From an uncultured Clostridia bacterium (lineage in GTDB: Bacteria > Bacillota > Clostridia > Christensenellales > UBA1242), in the NCBI GenBank assembly GCA_934754445.1, contig CAKVHZ010000005.1, positions 1 to 54,484 of the forward strand: a stretch of 54,484 nucleotides of DNA, given 5' to 3'. A model generated the notes under the pieces. That model was given only the letters and a program-made list of their open reading frames with translations. It had not been told where the DNA came from and did no database searches. The translations under genes and the position numbers were made by a program. Numbering within the stretch: the first letter of the stretch is position 1; every line of letters starts with the position of its first letter. Below, one piece after another: positions 44,911 through 54,466 of the stretch.

Positions 44911-46014
44911 ATGAAAGCATTTTGTGAAGGTTTAGATTTAGTAGAAGCAGTTCAAAAAGTTATTAAAGCAGCAAGCAATAAAACTGTTAATCCTATTTTA
45001 GAAGGTATTAAAATTACAGCCGAAGATGATACATTAACTTTAGTTGCAACAGATAGTGAACTTGCTATTGAAAAGAAAATTAAAGCAGATGTTAAAGTAG
45101 AAGGTGAAACTGTTGTTCCTGGTAAATTTTTTAGCGAATTTGTTAAAAAACTTGCAAACGAACAAATCGAACTTGATTTAAACGAAAAAAATCAATTAAA
45201 AATAAAATATACCGATAGTGAAGTTTATATTCAATGTTTTAATGCATTAGAATATCCAAGTATTCAAAAAATAGATAATGCACAATTTTTTACTATATCT
45301 CAAAGCAATTTTAAAAATTTAATAGATAAAACAATTTTTTCTGTTGCTTTAGATGATAGTAGACCAATACTTAAAGGTTGTTTATTTGAAATAGAAGAAA
45401 ATCAAATTACAAGTGTTGCTCTAGATGGATTTAGACTTGCTAAAGCAACTTATCCTATAATAGAACAAACTGCAAGAGTAAGTGTAATTGTTCCAGGAAG
45501 AAGTTTAAATGAAATAAGCAAATTACTAGAAGATACTGAAGAAAATATAAGAGTATTTATTCAAAGAAATTATTTAATGGTTCAAGTAGATAACACTAAA
45601 ATAATCACTAGATTAATTGATGGCGATTTTATAAATTATAAACAAATTATAAACGACCAATTTTCTACAATTATAACTGTTAATAAAGCACAATTTGAAG
45701 ATAGTTTAGATAGAGCAAGCATTTTAGGTAGAATAAGTAACGACAATATTGTAAAATTAGTTATAACAGATAATATGTTAACACTTTCTGCTTCAAGCGA
45801 AATTGGTAATGTAACAGAAAAAATGAATGTTGTTTTAACTGGTAATGAAATGAGTATAAGTTTTGATGCAAGATTTTTAAAAGATTGCTTAAGAGCCGTT
45901 CAAGATGAATTTATTAAATTATGTTTTACAACAAGTGTTAGCCCTTGCATTATTAAAGCAAACGAAGGCGATAACTATTTATTCTTAGTTTTACCTTTAA
46001 AACAATTTAGTTAA
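44911..46014 (+). CDS. dnaN: DNA polymerase III beta sliding clamp
   Basis: 367 aa. NPILEGIKI, ATDSELAIE, DDSRPILKGC and ALDGFRLA are typical of DnaN. Confidence 0.93.
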   Translation: MKAFCEGLDLVEAVQKVIKAASNKTVNPILEGIKITAEDDTLTLVATDSELAIEKKIKADVKVEGETVVPGKFFSEFVKKLANEQIELDLNEKNQLKIKYTDSEVYIQCFNALEYPSIQKIDNAQFFTISQSNFKNLIDKTIFSVALDDSRPILKGCLFEIEENQITSVALDGFRLAKATYPIIEQTARVSVIVPGRSLNEISKLLEDTEENIRVFIQRNYLMVQVDNTKIITRLIDGDFINYKQIINDQFSTIITVNKAQFEDSLDRASILGRISNDNIVKLVITDNMLTLSASSEIGNVTEKMNVVLTGNEMSISFDARFLKDCLRAVQDEFIKLCFTTSVSPCIIKANEGDNYLFLVLPLKQFS

Positions 46015-46203
46015 TAAATGATTTTGGAAAAGATATAAATAATCAATAATAGTAAAGAAGAGTTGAATATTGTTTTAAATAATACCGATGTTTTAGTATA
46101 CTTTTTATATAAATATGATTATATAAAATAAAAAATAAAATTACCTATTTACAAATTAAAAAAAGTAGGTTATAATAACTAAAATTAATTAAAGGAGAAG
46201 TTT

Positions 46204-46377
46204 ATGACTATTAGTGAATATAGAGATGAAGTTATTGAATTATTAGAAAGATTAGGATATTATGGTGGAGAATTAAATCAAGCAATAGATTCTTTAACCG
46301 ATGATGTTATTGAAGAAGCTATTAATAAAGGTGTAGCACCAACAAGTTTTTTAGTTGATTGGTATAAAAATAATTAA
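46204..46377 (+). CDS. Small acidic protein, 57 aa, tandem paralogue 1 (below the track cut-off)
   Basis: My translation: MTISEYRDEVIELLERLGYYGGELNQAIDSLTDDVIEEAINKGVAPTSFLVDWYKNN*. RBS AAAGGAG. Promoter TTTACA-17-TATAAT at 46148..46176. Confidence 0.55.
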   Translation: MTISEYRDEVIELLERLGYYGGELNQAIDSLTDDVIEEAINKGVAPTSFLVDWYKNN

Positions 46378-46441
46378 TAAAAAATAACTGTTTAATTCAA
46401 AAAATAAGTTAAACTAGAATTATTAAAAAGGAAAAAATTAT

Positions 46442-46612
46442 ATGACTATTAGTGAATATAGAGATGAAATTATTGTATTGCTAAAAAATTTAGGATATTA
46501 CGGTGGAGAATTAAATGAAGTATTAGATTCTATAACTGATAATGTTATAGAAGATGCTATAAATAACGGTGTAGAACCATCAAATTTTTTAGCTGATTGG
46601 TTATACTTTTAA
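46442..46612 (+). CDS. Small acidic protein, 56 aa, tandem paralogue 2
   Basis: My translation: MTISEYRDEIIVLLKNLGYYGGELNEVLDSITDNVIEDAINNGVEPSNFLADWLYF*. AAGGA RBS. Followed by a terminator. Confidence 0.5.
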   Translation: MTISEYRDEIIVLLKNLGYYGGELNEVLDSITDNVIEDAINNGVEPSNFLADWLYF

Positions 46613-46614
46613 TA

Positions 46615-47264
<650 letters not shown>

Positions 47265-47395
47265 AACTTATTCCTTTGTAATTAATTTTGATTATTATAC
47301 CAAATATTTGTTTAAAAAACAATTTTAATAAAAAAATACTTGAAAAAACTAATTTTTTGTGATATTATATAAGGGTATTTAAAAAAAATAAACTT

Positions 47396-47472
47396 GCACC
47401 GTTAGCTCAATTGGATAGAGCGTTGGTCTACGGAACCAAAGGTTAGGGATTCGACCTCCTTACGGTGCACCA
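47396..47472 (+). tRNA. tRNA-Arg (ACG)
   Basis: Folded by hand. Acceptor GCACCGT/ACGGTGC, anticodon loop CTACGGA, encoded CCA. Confidence 0.9.
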
Positions 47473-47474
47473 AA

Positions 47475-47508
47475 ATAAGTCAAACTATAAAATTTGACTT
47501 ATTTTTTT
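47475..47508 (+). terminator. Terminator after tRNA-Arg
   Basis: ATAAGTCAAA ... TTTGACTTAT followed by T6. Confidence 0.7.
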
Positions 47509-47640
47509 ATTTGTATTTTTTTTGTTAATCCATTTATTAATATTCATATAAATATATTTGCATTAATATAATAATACTCAAAACAAATTTTAATTTGAAT
47601 ATTAAAGTTAAATAAAAAATAAAAAAATTTTATAAAACTA

Positions 47641-47669
47641 TTGACTTTTTATTTTGTTATGCATATAAT
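47641..47669 (+). promoter_or_regulatory. SigA-type promoter for the tRNA-fMet/tRNA-Met pair
   Basis: TTGACT, 17-nt spacer, TATAAT, 11 nt before the tRNA. Confidence 0.6.
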
Positions 47670-47680
47670 AGTAATGTTGT

Positions 47681-47758
47681 CGCGGGGTGGAGCAGTTTGG
47701 CAGCTCGTCGGGCTCATAACCCGAAGGTCACGAGGTTCGAATCCCGTCCCCGCAACCA
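47681..47758 (+). tRNA. Initiator tRNA-fMet (CAU)
   Basis: CGCGGGG...CCCCGCAACCA with the C1-A72 mismatch, three G-C pairs closing the anticodon stem, loop CTCATAA. At 78 nt, the T-stem 5' strand reads ACGAGG against CCCGT, which implies one bulged A. Confidence 0.85.
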
Positions 47759-47792
47759 ATAAGGCAACTTTGAGTTGCCTTTTTAATTTTAT

Positions 47793-47869
47793 GGCGGCGT
47801 AGCTTAGTTGGTTATAGCGTTCGGTTCATACCCGAAAGGTCGAAAGTTCGAATCTCTCCGCCGCTACCA
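47793..47869 (+). tRNA. Elongator tRNA-Met (CAU); a lysidine-modified Ile2 identity is not formally excluded
   Basis: GGCGGCG acceptor and anticodon loop TTCATAC. It resembles my recollection of the B. subtilis elongator Met tRNA. Confidence 0.8.
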
Positions 47870-47976
47870 AATTTTAAAATAGTCTTTTATAGACTATTTT
47901 TTTATTTAATTTGACAAATTATGATATTAATTATATAATAAGTTTAAAAACGGACAAAAAGGGAACAATAAATTTA

Positions 47977-49314
47977 ATGGATTTATTTAATGCACTTAAT
48001 ATAATAAATAAAATTGCAGTTATATTAATTATTATCAGTTTAATCTTATTTTCATATAGATTACTTTATATATTTTTTGGCTTTAAGAAATGCAAAAGAT
48101 TTAAAAATACAAACAAAAAAGGGAAATATGCCATTTTAGTTCCAGCAAGAGATGAAAGTAGTGTTATTGAAAAATTATTAATTAGTATAAAAAATCAAAC
48201 TTATGATAAAAACTTTTTTGATGTTTATGTAATAACCGAAAACGAAGATGACCCAACAAATAGTATTACTAAAAACTATGGCTACAACTATTTTGTTAGA
48301 AAAGATTTAGAAGATAAGAGAACAAAAGGTTATGCCTTAGACGAAGTTATTAAAGATATTTACTCTAAAAATTTAAAATATGATGCATTTTTTATTATAG
48401 ATGCCGACAATACAATTTCTAAAAATTATTTAGAAGAAATGAATAAAGCATATTTTGCAAATATTGATGTTTGTATGAGTTACAAAAATGTATCTAATAT
48501 TGATGATAACTGGATAAGTTGTTGTTCTTCACTTTTATTTTGCAATATTAATACTTTTCAAAACAAAGCAAAAACAAGACTTTATAATACTATGTTAATT
48601 AGTGGGACAGGTCTTTATATTTCTTCTAAAATACTAGATGAATTTAAAGGTTTTCCATTTACAACTTTAACAGAAGATTATGAACTTTCTAACTATATAG
48701 CACACAATAAATTTAATGTTGCCTACATTGATACGGCTGAAGTTTTTGTTGAACAACCTGTAAAATTAAGCACTGTAAACAAACAAAGAATTAGATGGTG
48801 TAGGGGTTACTTTGATGTAAATAAAAAATTAAATAAAGATACTCATAAGGCACTTCATAAAAAAGATAGTAATAAATTAGGAATTTTAGAAAATAAATTG
48901 TCGTTAATTCCTAATGTAGTTGCTATTGTAACTACCATTCTTTATAGTTTAGCACTGGTTGTTGTTGCTACTATCGCATTAATTACTAAAAATTTTGATG
49001 CACTAGAAATGTCTTTAATTTGTCTGTTAAGATTTTTCCTTGTTTATCATCTAAGTTTAAGTTTATATACAGTACTTCTATTTATAGCAGAAAAAGACCA
49101 TATAAATGTAAACAAAAAATTAATTTTACTAACTATAATTTTAAATCCGTTCTTTATAAACCTATTTATTTATCAAGCAGTGGTAGCATTATTTTCTAAA
49201 AATATTGGTTGGAAAAAAATTGAGAGAGTCGATGAAATGGTTGTCCCTACGGAGAATACCGAAAGTGAAATATTAGATGAAGATAGTGTAAAAATAGGGG
49301 TAAAAAATGGATAA
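47977..49314 (+). CDS. Processive family-2 glycosyltransferase (membrane-embedded synthase type)
   Basis: VPARDES, IIDADN, TEDYELS and QRIRWCRG (the Q-x-x-RW motif), with TM helices at both ends. I prefer the ATG at 47977 (AAAGGGA RBS) over the track TTG at 47911, which lies almost within the tRNA terminator. Confidence 0.8.
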   Translation: MDLFNALNIINKIAVILIIISLILFSYRLLYIFFGFKKCKRFKNTNKKGKYAILVPARDESSVIEKLLISIKNQTYDKNFFDVYVITENEDDPTNSITKNYGYNYFVRKDLEDKRTKGYALDEVIKDIYSKNLKYDAFFIIDADNTISKNYLEEMNKAYFANIDVCMSYKNVSNIDDNWISCCSSLLFCNINTFQNKAKTRLYNTMLISGTGLYISSKILDEFKGFPFTTLTEDYELSNYIAHNKFNVAYIDTAEVFVEQPVKLSTVNKQRIRWCRGYFDVNKKLNKDTHKALHKKDSNKLGILENKLSLIPNVVAIVTTILYSLALVVVATIALITKNFDALEMSLICLLRFFLVYHLSLSLYTVLLFIAEKDHINVNKKLILLTIILNPFFINLFIYQAVVALFSKNIGWKKIERVDEMVVPTENTESEILDEDSVKIGVKNG

Positions 49315-50152
49315 TAATCTAATTAGTTATACAGAAGTTTGTGAGTGTTTAAATAAAAAAGAATTAGATATAAATACTACTAGTAAAAATTTAGTAAATA
49401 ACCCTACAATTTTAAAAGATAAAGTTAATGAAAAATATAAATTTGTAAAAAAAGGATTTTTCTATAAAGTTTTTTCGTTTATTTTTTATTGTTTTGCTTT
49501 TATTGTGTTGTTTCCATCAGTATGGCTATTTTATATGCCAAAAGTTAAAGGAAGAAAAAATTTAAAAAAAGTAAAAAATGCTGTTTTTATTTCTAATCAT
49601 GCTTTTGTTATGGATTGTGCCATATTAAGTGTATATACTTTGCCTTTTATTCGCCCTTATATAATAACAGAAAGAGATAGTTTTCAAATACCAGTTGTAA
49701 AAAATATTATAAGATTACTTAGGGCTGTGCCTATTCCTAATAATTTAAAAGCATATAAAAATTTTATGACAAGTATTGATGGAGAACTTAAGAATAGGAA
49801 AAGTTTATTAGTTTACCCAGAAGGTTCACTGTGGCCTTATTTTGCGAGAATTCGTCCTTTTAAAACAGGGGCATTTAGGTTTAGTGTAAAGAATAATGTG
49901 CCAGTTGTTCCCATTGTTATTAGTTTTAGAAAACCAAATAAACTTTATAGAATGTTTGGAAGGAAAAAACCTTTTGTAAACGTTAATATTTTAGAGCCTA
50001 TATATGTAAATAGTAAATGTAATATGAAAGATGAAGAAAAAAGAATTTGTGATTTAACTAATAGTATAATGACTGAAGAATTTAATAAAACAAATAGTTA
50101 TGTATACATAAACGAAAAAAGACTTAAAAAAGAAAAAAGTAAAAGAGTTTAA
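49307..50152 (+). CDS. Lysophospholipid (PlsC/LPLAT)-family acyltransferase
   Basis: SNHAFVMD (HX4D), YPEGSLWPY, FSVKNNVPVVPI. Overlaps the GT2 gene by 8 nt. Confidence 0.7.
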   Translation: MDNNLISYTEVCECLNKKELDINTTSKNLVNNPTILKDKVNEKYKFVKKGFFYKVFSFIFYCFAFIVLFPSVWLFYMPKVKGRKNLKKVKNAVFISNHAFVMDCAILSVYTLPFIRPYIITERDSFQIPVVKNIIRLLRAVPIPNNLKAYKNFMTSIDGELKNRKSLLVYPEGSLWPYFARIRPFKTGAFRFSVKNNVPVVPIVISFRKPNKLYRMFGRKKPFVNVNILEPIYVNSKCNMKDEEKRICDLTNSIMTEEFNKTNSYVYINEKRLKKEKSKRV

Positions 50153-50260
50153 TTCTCTTTTATTTTTTTATCAAAATTAGACAAAAAGTTAAATTATTCG
50201 TTTTAATTTTTAGCCTATTAAAATTAAATTTAGATTTATAATTTTATAAAGAGGTTAATT

Positions 50261-52549
50261 ATGGAAAAAACGAAAAGTGAAAAATATAAAGTAGTTTTAA
50301 AATATATTTTATTCCTACTAATTTTTTTAATTTTAGGTGTAGGGCAAATTAATTTTAGTATTAGTCCGTTTTTAGTTGCATTTTTGTTTAGTTTAGTGTG
50401 GTGTAAACAAAATGTATATATTTGTAGTTTGTTTTATTTAATGGTTAGTTTTTTAATTAATCCATTCTCTCTTGCCTTAGTTATAAGTAGTTTAGTTACA
50501 GTTTTAACTTTAATATTCTTTTATTCATTACATAAAAAATTAAAAAAGCCGATTAACAGATATATTTATATTCTTTATGCTTTTTTAAGTCAAATAGCAT
50601 ATTTATACTATAGTTTTACAACTCCAGAAAACTTAATGAATTCTATTATAAGTGTTATTGTAATGCTAATACTACTTGTTTGTTACAATATATTTTTTAG
50701 TAGTGTTTTTATCAAAGGTTTTTCTTCAGTTTTTACTATTAACGAAATTATTTCAGGTTCAATATTTTTAATGAGTTTATCTATAGGGTTAAGCAGTATT
50801 AATTTTATAAATTTTGAGATAATTAAAACTTTTGCGGTTTTTATAATTTTACTTTCAGCCTTTACCTTAGAAAGTAAAAATACTTTCGGTCTAGCGATAA
50901 TAATAGGGGTAGGAAACGCACTATATAGTTATAATCTAACCTTACTCGCCGTCTTTTCACTATTTAGTTTAATATGTTTAACATTTAAAGCAAACAATAA
51001 AATATTTGCGAGTATTGCAGTATGTTTAGTTGATATATTTTTAGGTCTTTATTTAAAGATTTATGGAACATATACTTTATACTCTATTTTTAGTGTAGTT
51101 TTAGGGGCATTAATGTTTATGTTAATTCCTAACAAAATTTTAAATAATATTAAAGAACTATTTGGTGGATTAAATACTACTTTATTATATAGAAATGTAA
51201 TAAATACCACTAAAGAGAGTATTATTAAAAGATTAAGTGAAATTAGTGAAGTGTTTTTAGATATGGAGATGAACTTTAAAAATATGGTTAAAGGAAATCT
51301 GCCTAAAAATGAAGCAAAAGAACTACTAATTAACGAACTTTGCACAAAAGTATGTTCCGACTGTAAAGAAAAACACAAGTGTTTAAGAACATTAAGCGAT
51401 GAAACAATGCTTGCGTTTAATGAAATTTTAGATAAAGGTTTTGAAAAAGGTAAAGTAACAATTTTAGATATTCCACCATATTTATCTTGTAGGTGTAACC
51501 GAAGTGCGAGTATGTTGAGTAGTTTTAATAGTTTAATTAATACCTATAAACAATATTCTTTTATGGTTAATTCGCAAGATACTAGTAAAGTTTTAATTGG
51601 CGAGCAAATGGGTGGAGTTAGTAAACTACTTAAAAGTTTAGTTATAGATACATCAACTAATTTTAATTTTGATTTAACTGTAGAAGACAATATTAAAGAT
51701 GAGTTAAAATTTATTCATCTTTATTGCACCGATGTAATTAGTTTTGTTAAAGACGGCGAATATAACTTAAATTTAATCATCAAAAAAACCGAGTTTAATG
51801 AAAAAGAAATAGAAAATATTGTTTCTAAAATAATTAAGTCTAAAATGAAAATTATAAAGGTGGAAGAACTAAATAATTTATTTTATTTATTTACATTAAA
51901 GAATGCGCCTAAATATGATTGCATCTTTGGGATAAGTGCTGTTACAAAACAAAATAGCGAAATTAGTGGGGATACTTATTCGTTTGTTAAAATGGGTGAT
52001 GATAAAGTTTTAATGGCATTAAATGACGGCATGGGAAGTGGCGAAAGTGCAAACAGAACTAGCGAACTAAGTTTAAATTTAATTGAAAATTTTTATAAAG
52101 CAGGTTTTGATAACGAAATTATTTTAAATAGCGTAAATAAATTACTAACTATTAATAGTGAAGAAACTTTTAGTGCGTTAGATATTTGCGTGATAGATTT
52201 TAGCAAAGAAATTTTTGATTTTATCAAACTTGGTGCTCCTATAGGGTTTGTAAAAAAACAAAACAATGTAGAAGTTATAGAAAGTGGAAGTTTGCCTATA
52301 GGTATTTTAGAAGAAATTTCTCCAGTTATTACTAAAAAGGTTATTTCGGGCGAAGAAATTATAATACTTATTAGTGATGGAGTGTTAGAGACTTTTGGTG
52401 GCGAAGAAAATTTAACAAACTTTATTATAAATATTGATTCAGTCAACCCACAACAAATTTGTGATAAAATAATAAACGAATGTAAAAATCATGATGTTAG
52501 TGATGATTGCACTTGTTTAGCACTTAGAATTTTTGAAATAATTGATTAA
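50261..52549 (+). CDS. spoIIE: Stage II sporulation protein E (membrane PP2C phosphatase)
   Basis: About 10 N-terminal TM helices and a C-terminal PP2C domain: GDTYSF, MALNDGMGSGESA, LISDGV, DDCT. Confidence 0.9.
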   Translation: MEKTKSEKYKVVLKYILFLLIFLILGVGQINFSISPFLVAFLFSLVWCKQNVYICSLFYLMVSFLINPFSLALVISSLVTVLTLIFFYSLHKKLKKPINRYIYILYAFLSQIAYLYYSFTTPENLMNSIISVIVMLILLVCYNIFFSSVFIKGFSSVFTINEIISGSIFLMSLSIGLSSINFINFEIIKTFAVFIILLSAFTLESKNTFGLAIIIGVGNALYSYNLTLLAVFSLFSLICLTFKANNKIFASIAVCLVDIFLGLYLKIYGTYTLYSIFSVVLGALMFMLIPNKILNNIKELFGGLNTTLLYRNVINTTKESIIKRLSEISEVFLDMEMNFKNMVKGNLPKNEAKELLINELCTKVCSDCKEKHKCLRTLSDETMLAFNEILDKGFEKGKVTILDIPPYLSCRCNRSASMLSSFNSLINTYKQYSFMVNSQDTSKVLIGEQMGGVSKLLKSLVIDTSTNFNFDLTVEDNIKDELKFIHLYCTDVISFVKDGEYNLNLIIKKTEFNEKEIENIVSKIIKSKMKIIKVEELNNLFYLFTLKNAPKYDCIFGISAVTKQNSEISGDTYSFVKMGDDKVLMALNDGMGSGESANRTSELSLNLIENFYKAGFDNEIILNSVNKLLTINSEETFSALDICVIDFSKEIFDFIKLGAPIGFVKKQNNVEVIESGSLPIGILEEISPVITKKVISGEEIIILISDGVLETFGGEENLTNFIINIDSVNPQQICDKIINECKNHDVSDDCTCLALRIFEIID

Positions 52550-52561
52550 ATTAATTTATTC

Positions 52562-52590
52562 TTGACAAAAACTTAAATAAAACATATAAT
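52562..52590 (+). promoter_or_regulatory. Perfect-consensus SigA promoter
   Basis: TTGACA (52562-67), 17-nt spacer, TATAAT (52585-90). Confidence 0.6.
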
Positions 52591-52613
52591 ATTAAAAATG
52601 CTGGAGGTGGGAA

Positions 52614-52751
52614 ATGATAGATATAGAAAAAATTTTAGATGATTTTAAAGAACAATTAGAAGATAAAAAAACAATGAAAGAAAAAGTTGAATGGCTTAAG
52701 AGTTATGGTTTTGCCGTTGAAGTAAAAGATATTGAGAATTGTAAAAAATAG
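52614..52751 (+). CDS. Candidate 45-aa protein (below the track cut-off)
   Basis: My translation: MIDIEKILDDFKEQLEDKKTMKEKVEWLKSYGFAVEVKDIENCKK*. Strong RBS GGAGGTG 5 nt upstream. Confidence 0.45.
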   Translation: MIDIEKILDDFKEQLEDKKTMKEKVEWLKSYGFAVEVKDIENCKK

Positions 52752-52861
52752 TAAATAAAAAGATAAATTTTAAAAACAAGTTTTTTTGAAATTTATTTTT
52801 TTTAAAAGTATTGTAATGAATAAAACTTTATGTTATAATAATAAAATAAGGAAGAAAAATT

Positions 52862-54202
52862 ATGCAAAGTGTTTTAAATACAATTAAAAAATTTAAATTA
52901 TTTAAAAGTGGAGAAATTATTGGTGTTGCTTGTAGTGGCGGAATTGATAGCATGAGTTTACTTCACTACTTAAACAGCATGAAAGAAGAATTTGATATAG
53001 AAATTGTTGCTATTAATGTCGACCATTCTATTAGAGAAAATAGTGCAAAAGATAGTTATTTTGTTGAGAGTTATTGCAAAGAAAACCATATTCGTTTTTA
53101 TAAATTTAAAATAGATAGTATGAAAATTGCTAGCGAAAACAAAATTTGTTTAGAAGAAGCTGCACGAAAAGGAAGATATGGCGTTTTTGATAGTTTACTT
53201 TCTCGTGGAATTGTTGACAAAATTTGTTTAGGTCATCATCTTCAAGACCAAGCCGAAACAATATTACTTAATATTTTTAGAGGCTGTGGACTTAATGGTG
53301 CTAAAGGTATGGATGTAGTTAGAGATAATTATATTAGACCTATGCTAAATACTTCTAAATTAGAAATAACTCAATATGCTGGCGAAAACGAAATTCCTTT
53401 TGTAGAAGATGACAGCAACTATGATGAAACTTATACGCGTAATTATTTAAGACAAAATATTATGCCAAAATTAAGAATGAAATGGAAGAATTTAGATAAA
53501 AACTTAGTTGATTTTGGTAAAATTTGCTATAAAGACGATGAATTTATTAAAAGTCAAATGTCTTTTGATGGAATTATTGAAGAAGAAAACTTGGTTAGAA
53601 TTCCATTATCATACTTCTTGTATAATGAATGCTTAGTAGTTAGAATGATTCAAAAAGAATTTGAATATCTAAAAGTAAGTAAAGATATGGAAAAGAAACA
53701 TTTTTCTATTTTAATGGATATGGCAAAAGAAGCACAAAATGGTGTTAAAATTAATTTGCCTAACAATATTACAGTTCATAAAGAATACGACTTTATTACA
53801 ATTTCAGTAAAACTTCCTAAACCTAAACTAGAACCTACTAAATTCCGTTTAGGAACATATAATTTAATTAATTTTGGTAATTTAACAGTAAGAAAAACCA
53901 ATAAAATAGACTTAGTAAACTTACCAGAAGATAGTTTAATGATAGATGCCGATAAACTTCCTAGCGGAACTGAAATTAGAACAAGAAAAGATGGCGATAA
54001 ATTTACTCAAATTAATGGTGGAACTAAAAAATTAAAAGATTATTTTATAGATAAAAAAATTCCACAAAGGTTACGAGCCGATATTCCATTACTTTGTAAA
54101 GATAATGAAGTTTTTGCAATTTTAGGATATACAGTATCAGAAAATGTTAAAGTTGATGAAAATACAAAATCAGCATACATTTTAAAAACAGAAAGAAAAT
54201 AG
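52862..54202 (+). CDS. tilS: tRNA(Ile)-lysidine synthetase
   Basis: PP-loop GVACSGGIDSMSL and a TilS-type C-terminal domain. Bacillus-like spoIIE...tilS synteny. Promoter TTGTAA-17-TATAAT at 52811..52839. Confidence 0.9.
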   Translation: MQSVLNTIKKFKLFKSGEIIGVACSGGIDSMSLLHYLNSMKEEFDIEIVAINVDHSIRENSAKDSYFVESYCKENHIRFYKFKIDSMKIASENKICLEEAARKGRYGVFDSLLSRGIVDKICLGHHLQDQAETILLNIFRGCGLNGAKGMDVVRDNYIRPMLNTSKLEITQYAGENEIPFVEDDSNYDETYTRNYLRQNIMPKLRMKWKNLDKNLVDFGKICYKDDEFIKSQMSFDGIIEEENLVRIPLSYFLYNECLVVRMIQKEFEYLKVSKDMEKKHFSILMDMAKEAQNGVKINLPNNITVHKEYDFITISVKLPKPKLEPTKFRLGTYNLINFGNLTVRKTNKIDLVNLPEDSLMIDADKLPSGTEIRTRKDGDKFTQINGGTKKLKDYFIDKKIPQRLRADIPLLCKDNEVFAILGYTVSENVKVDENTKSAYILKTERK

Positions 54203-54437
54203 AACAATTTGTTCTGTTTTTTTTATAATTTTTAGTAACTTAAATAAAAGATATATAATATACTAATATTATGTATATTAAATATAAAAAATTTTTTTAT
54301 TAATATACTAACCAAACCATTTTTTAGCCAAATTTAAGTAAAAACTTATAAAAAATGTGTCAAAAATACTAATTTAATGTGTGAAATTAAGTTTTTCAAA
54401 AAAAAATAAAAAATTTTAGAAAACTTTAAAAAAAGTG

Positions 54438-54466
54438 TTGACAAAGGGTAAATAAAATGGTAATAT
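54438..54466 (+). promoter_or_regulatory. SigA-type promoter facing the window edge
   Basis: TTGACA, 17-nt spacer, TAATAT. The downstream gene lies outside the window. Confidence 0.4.
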
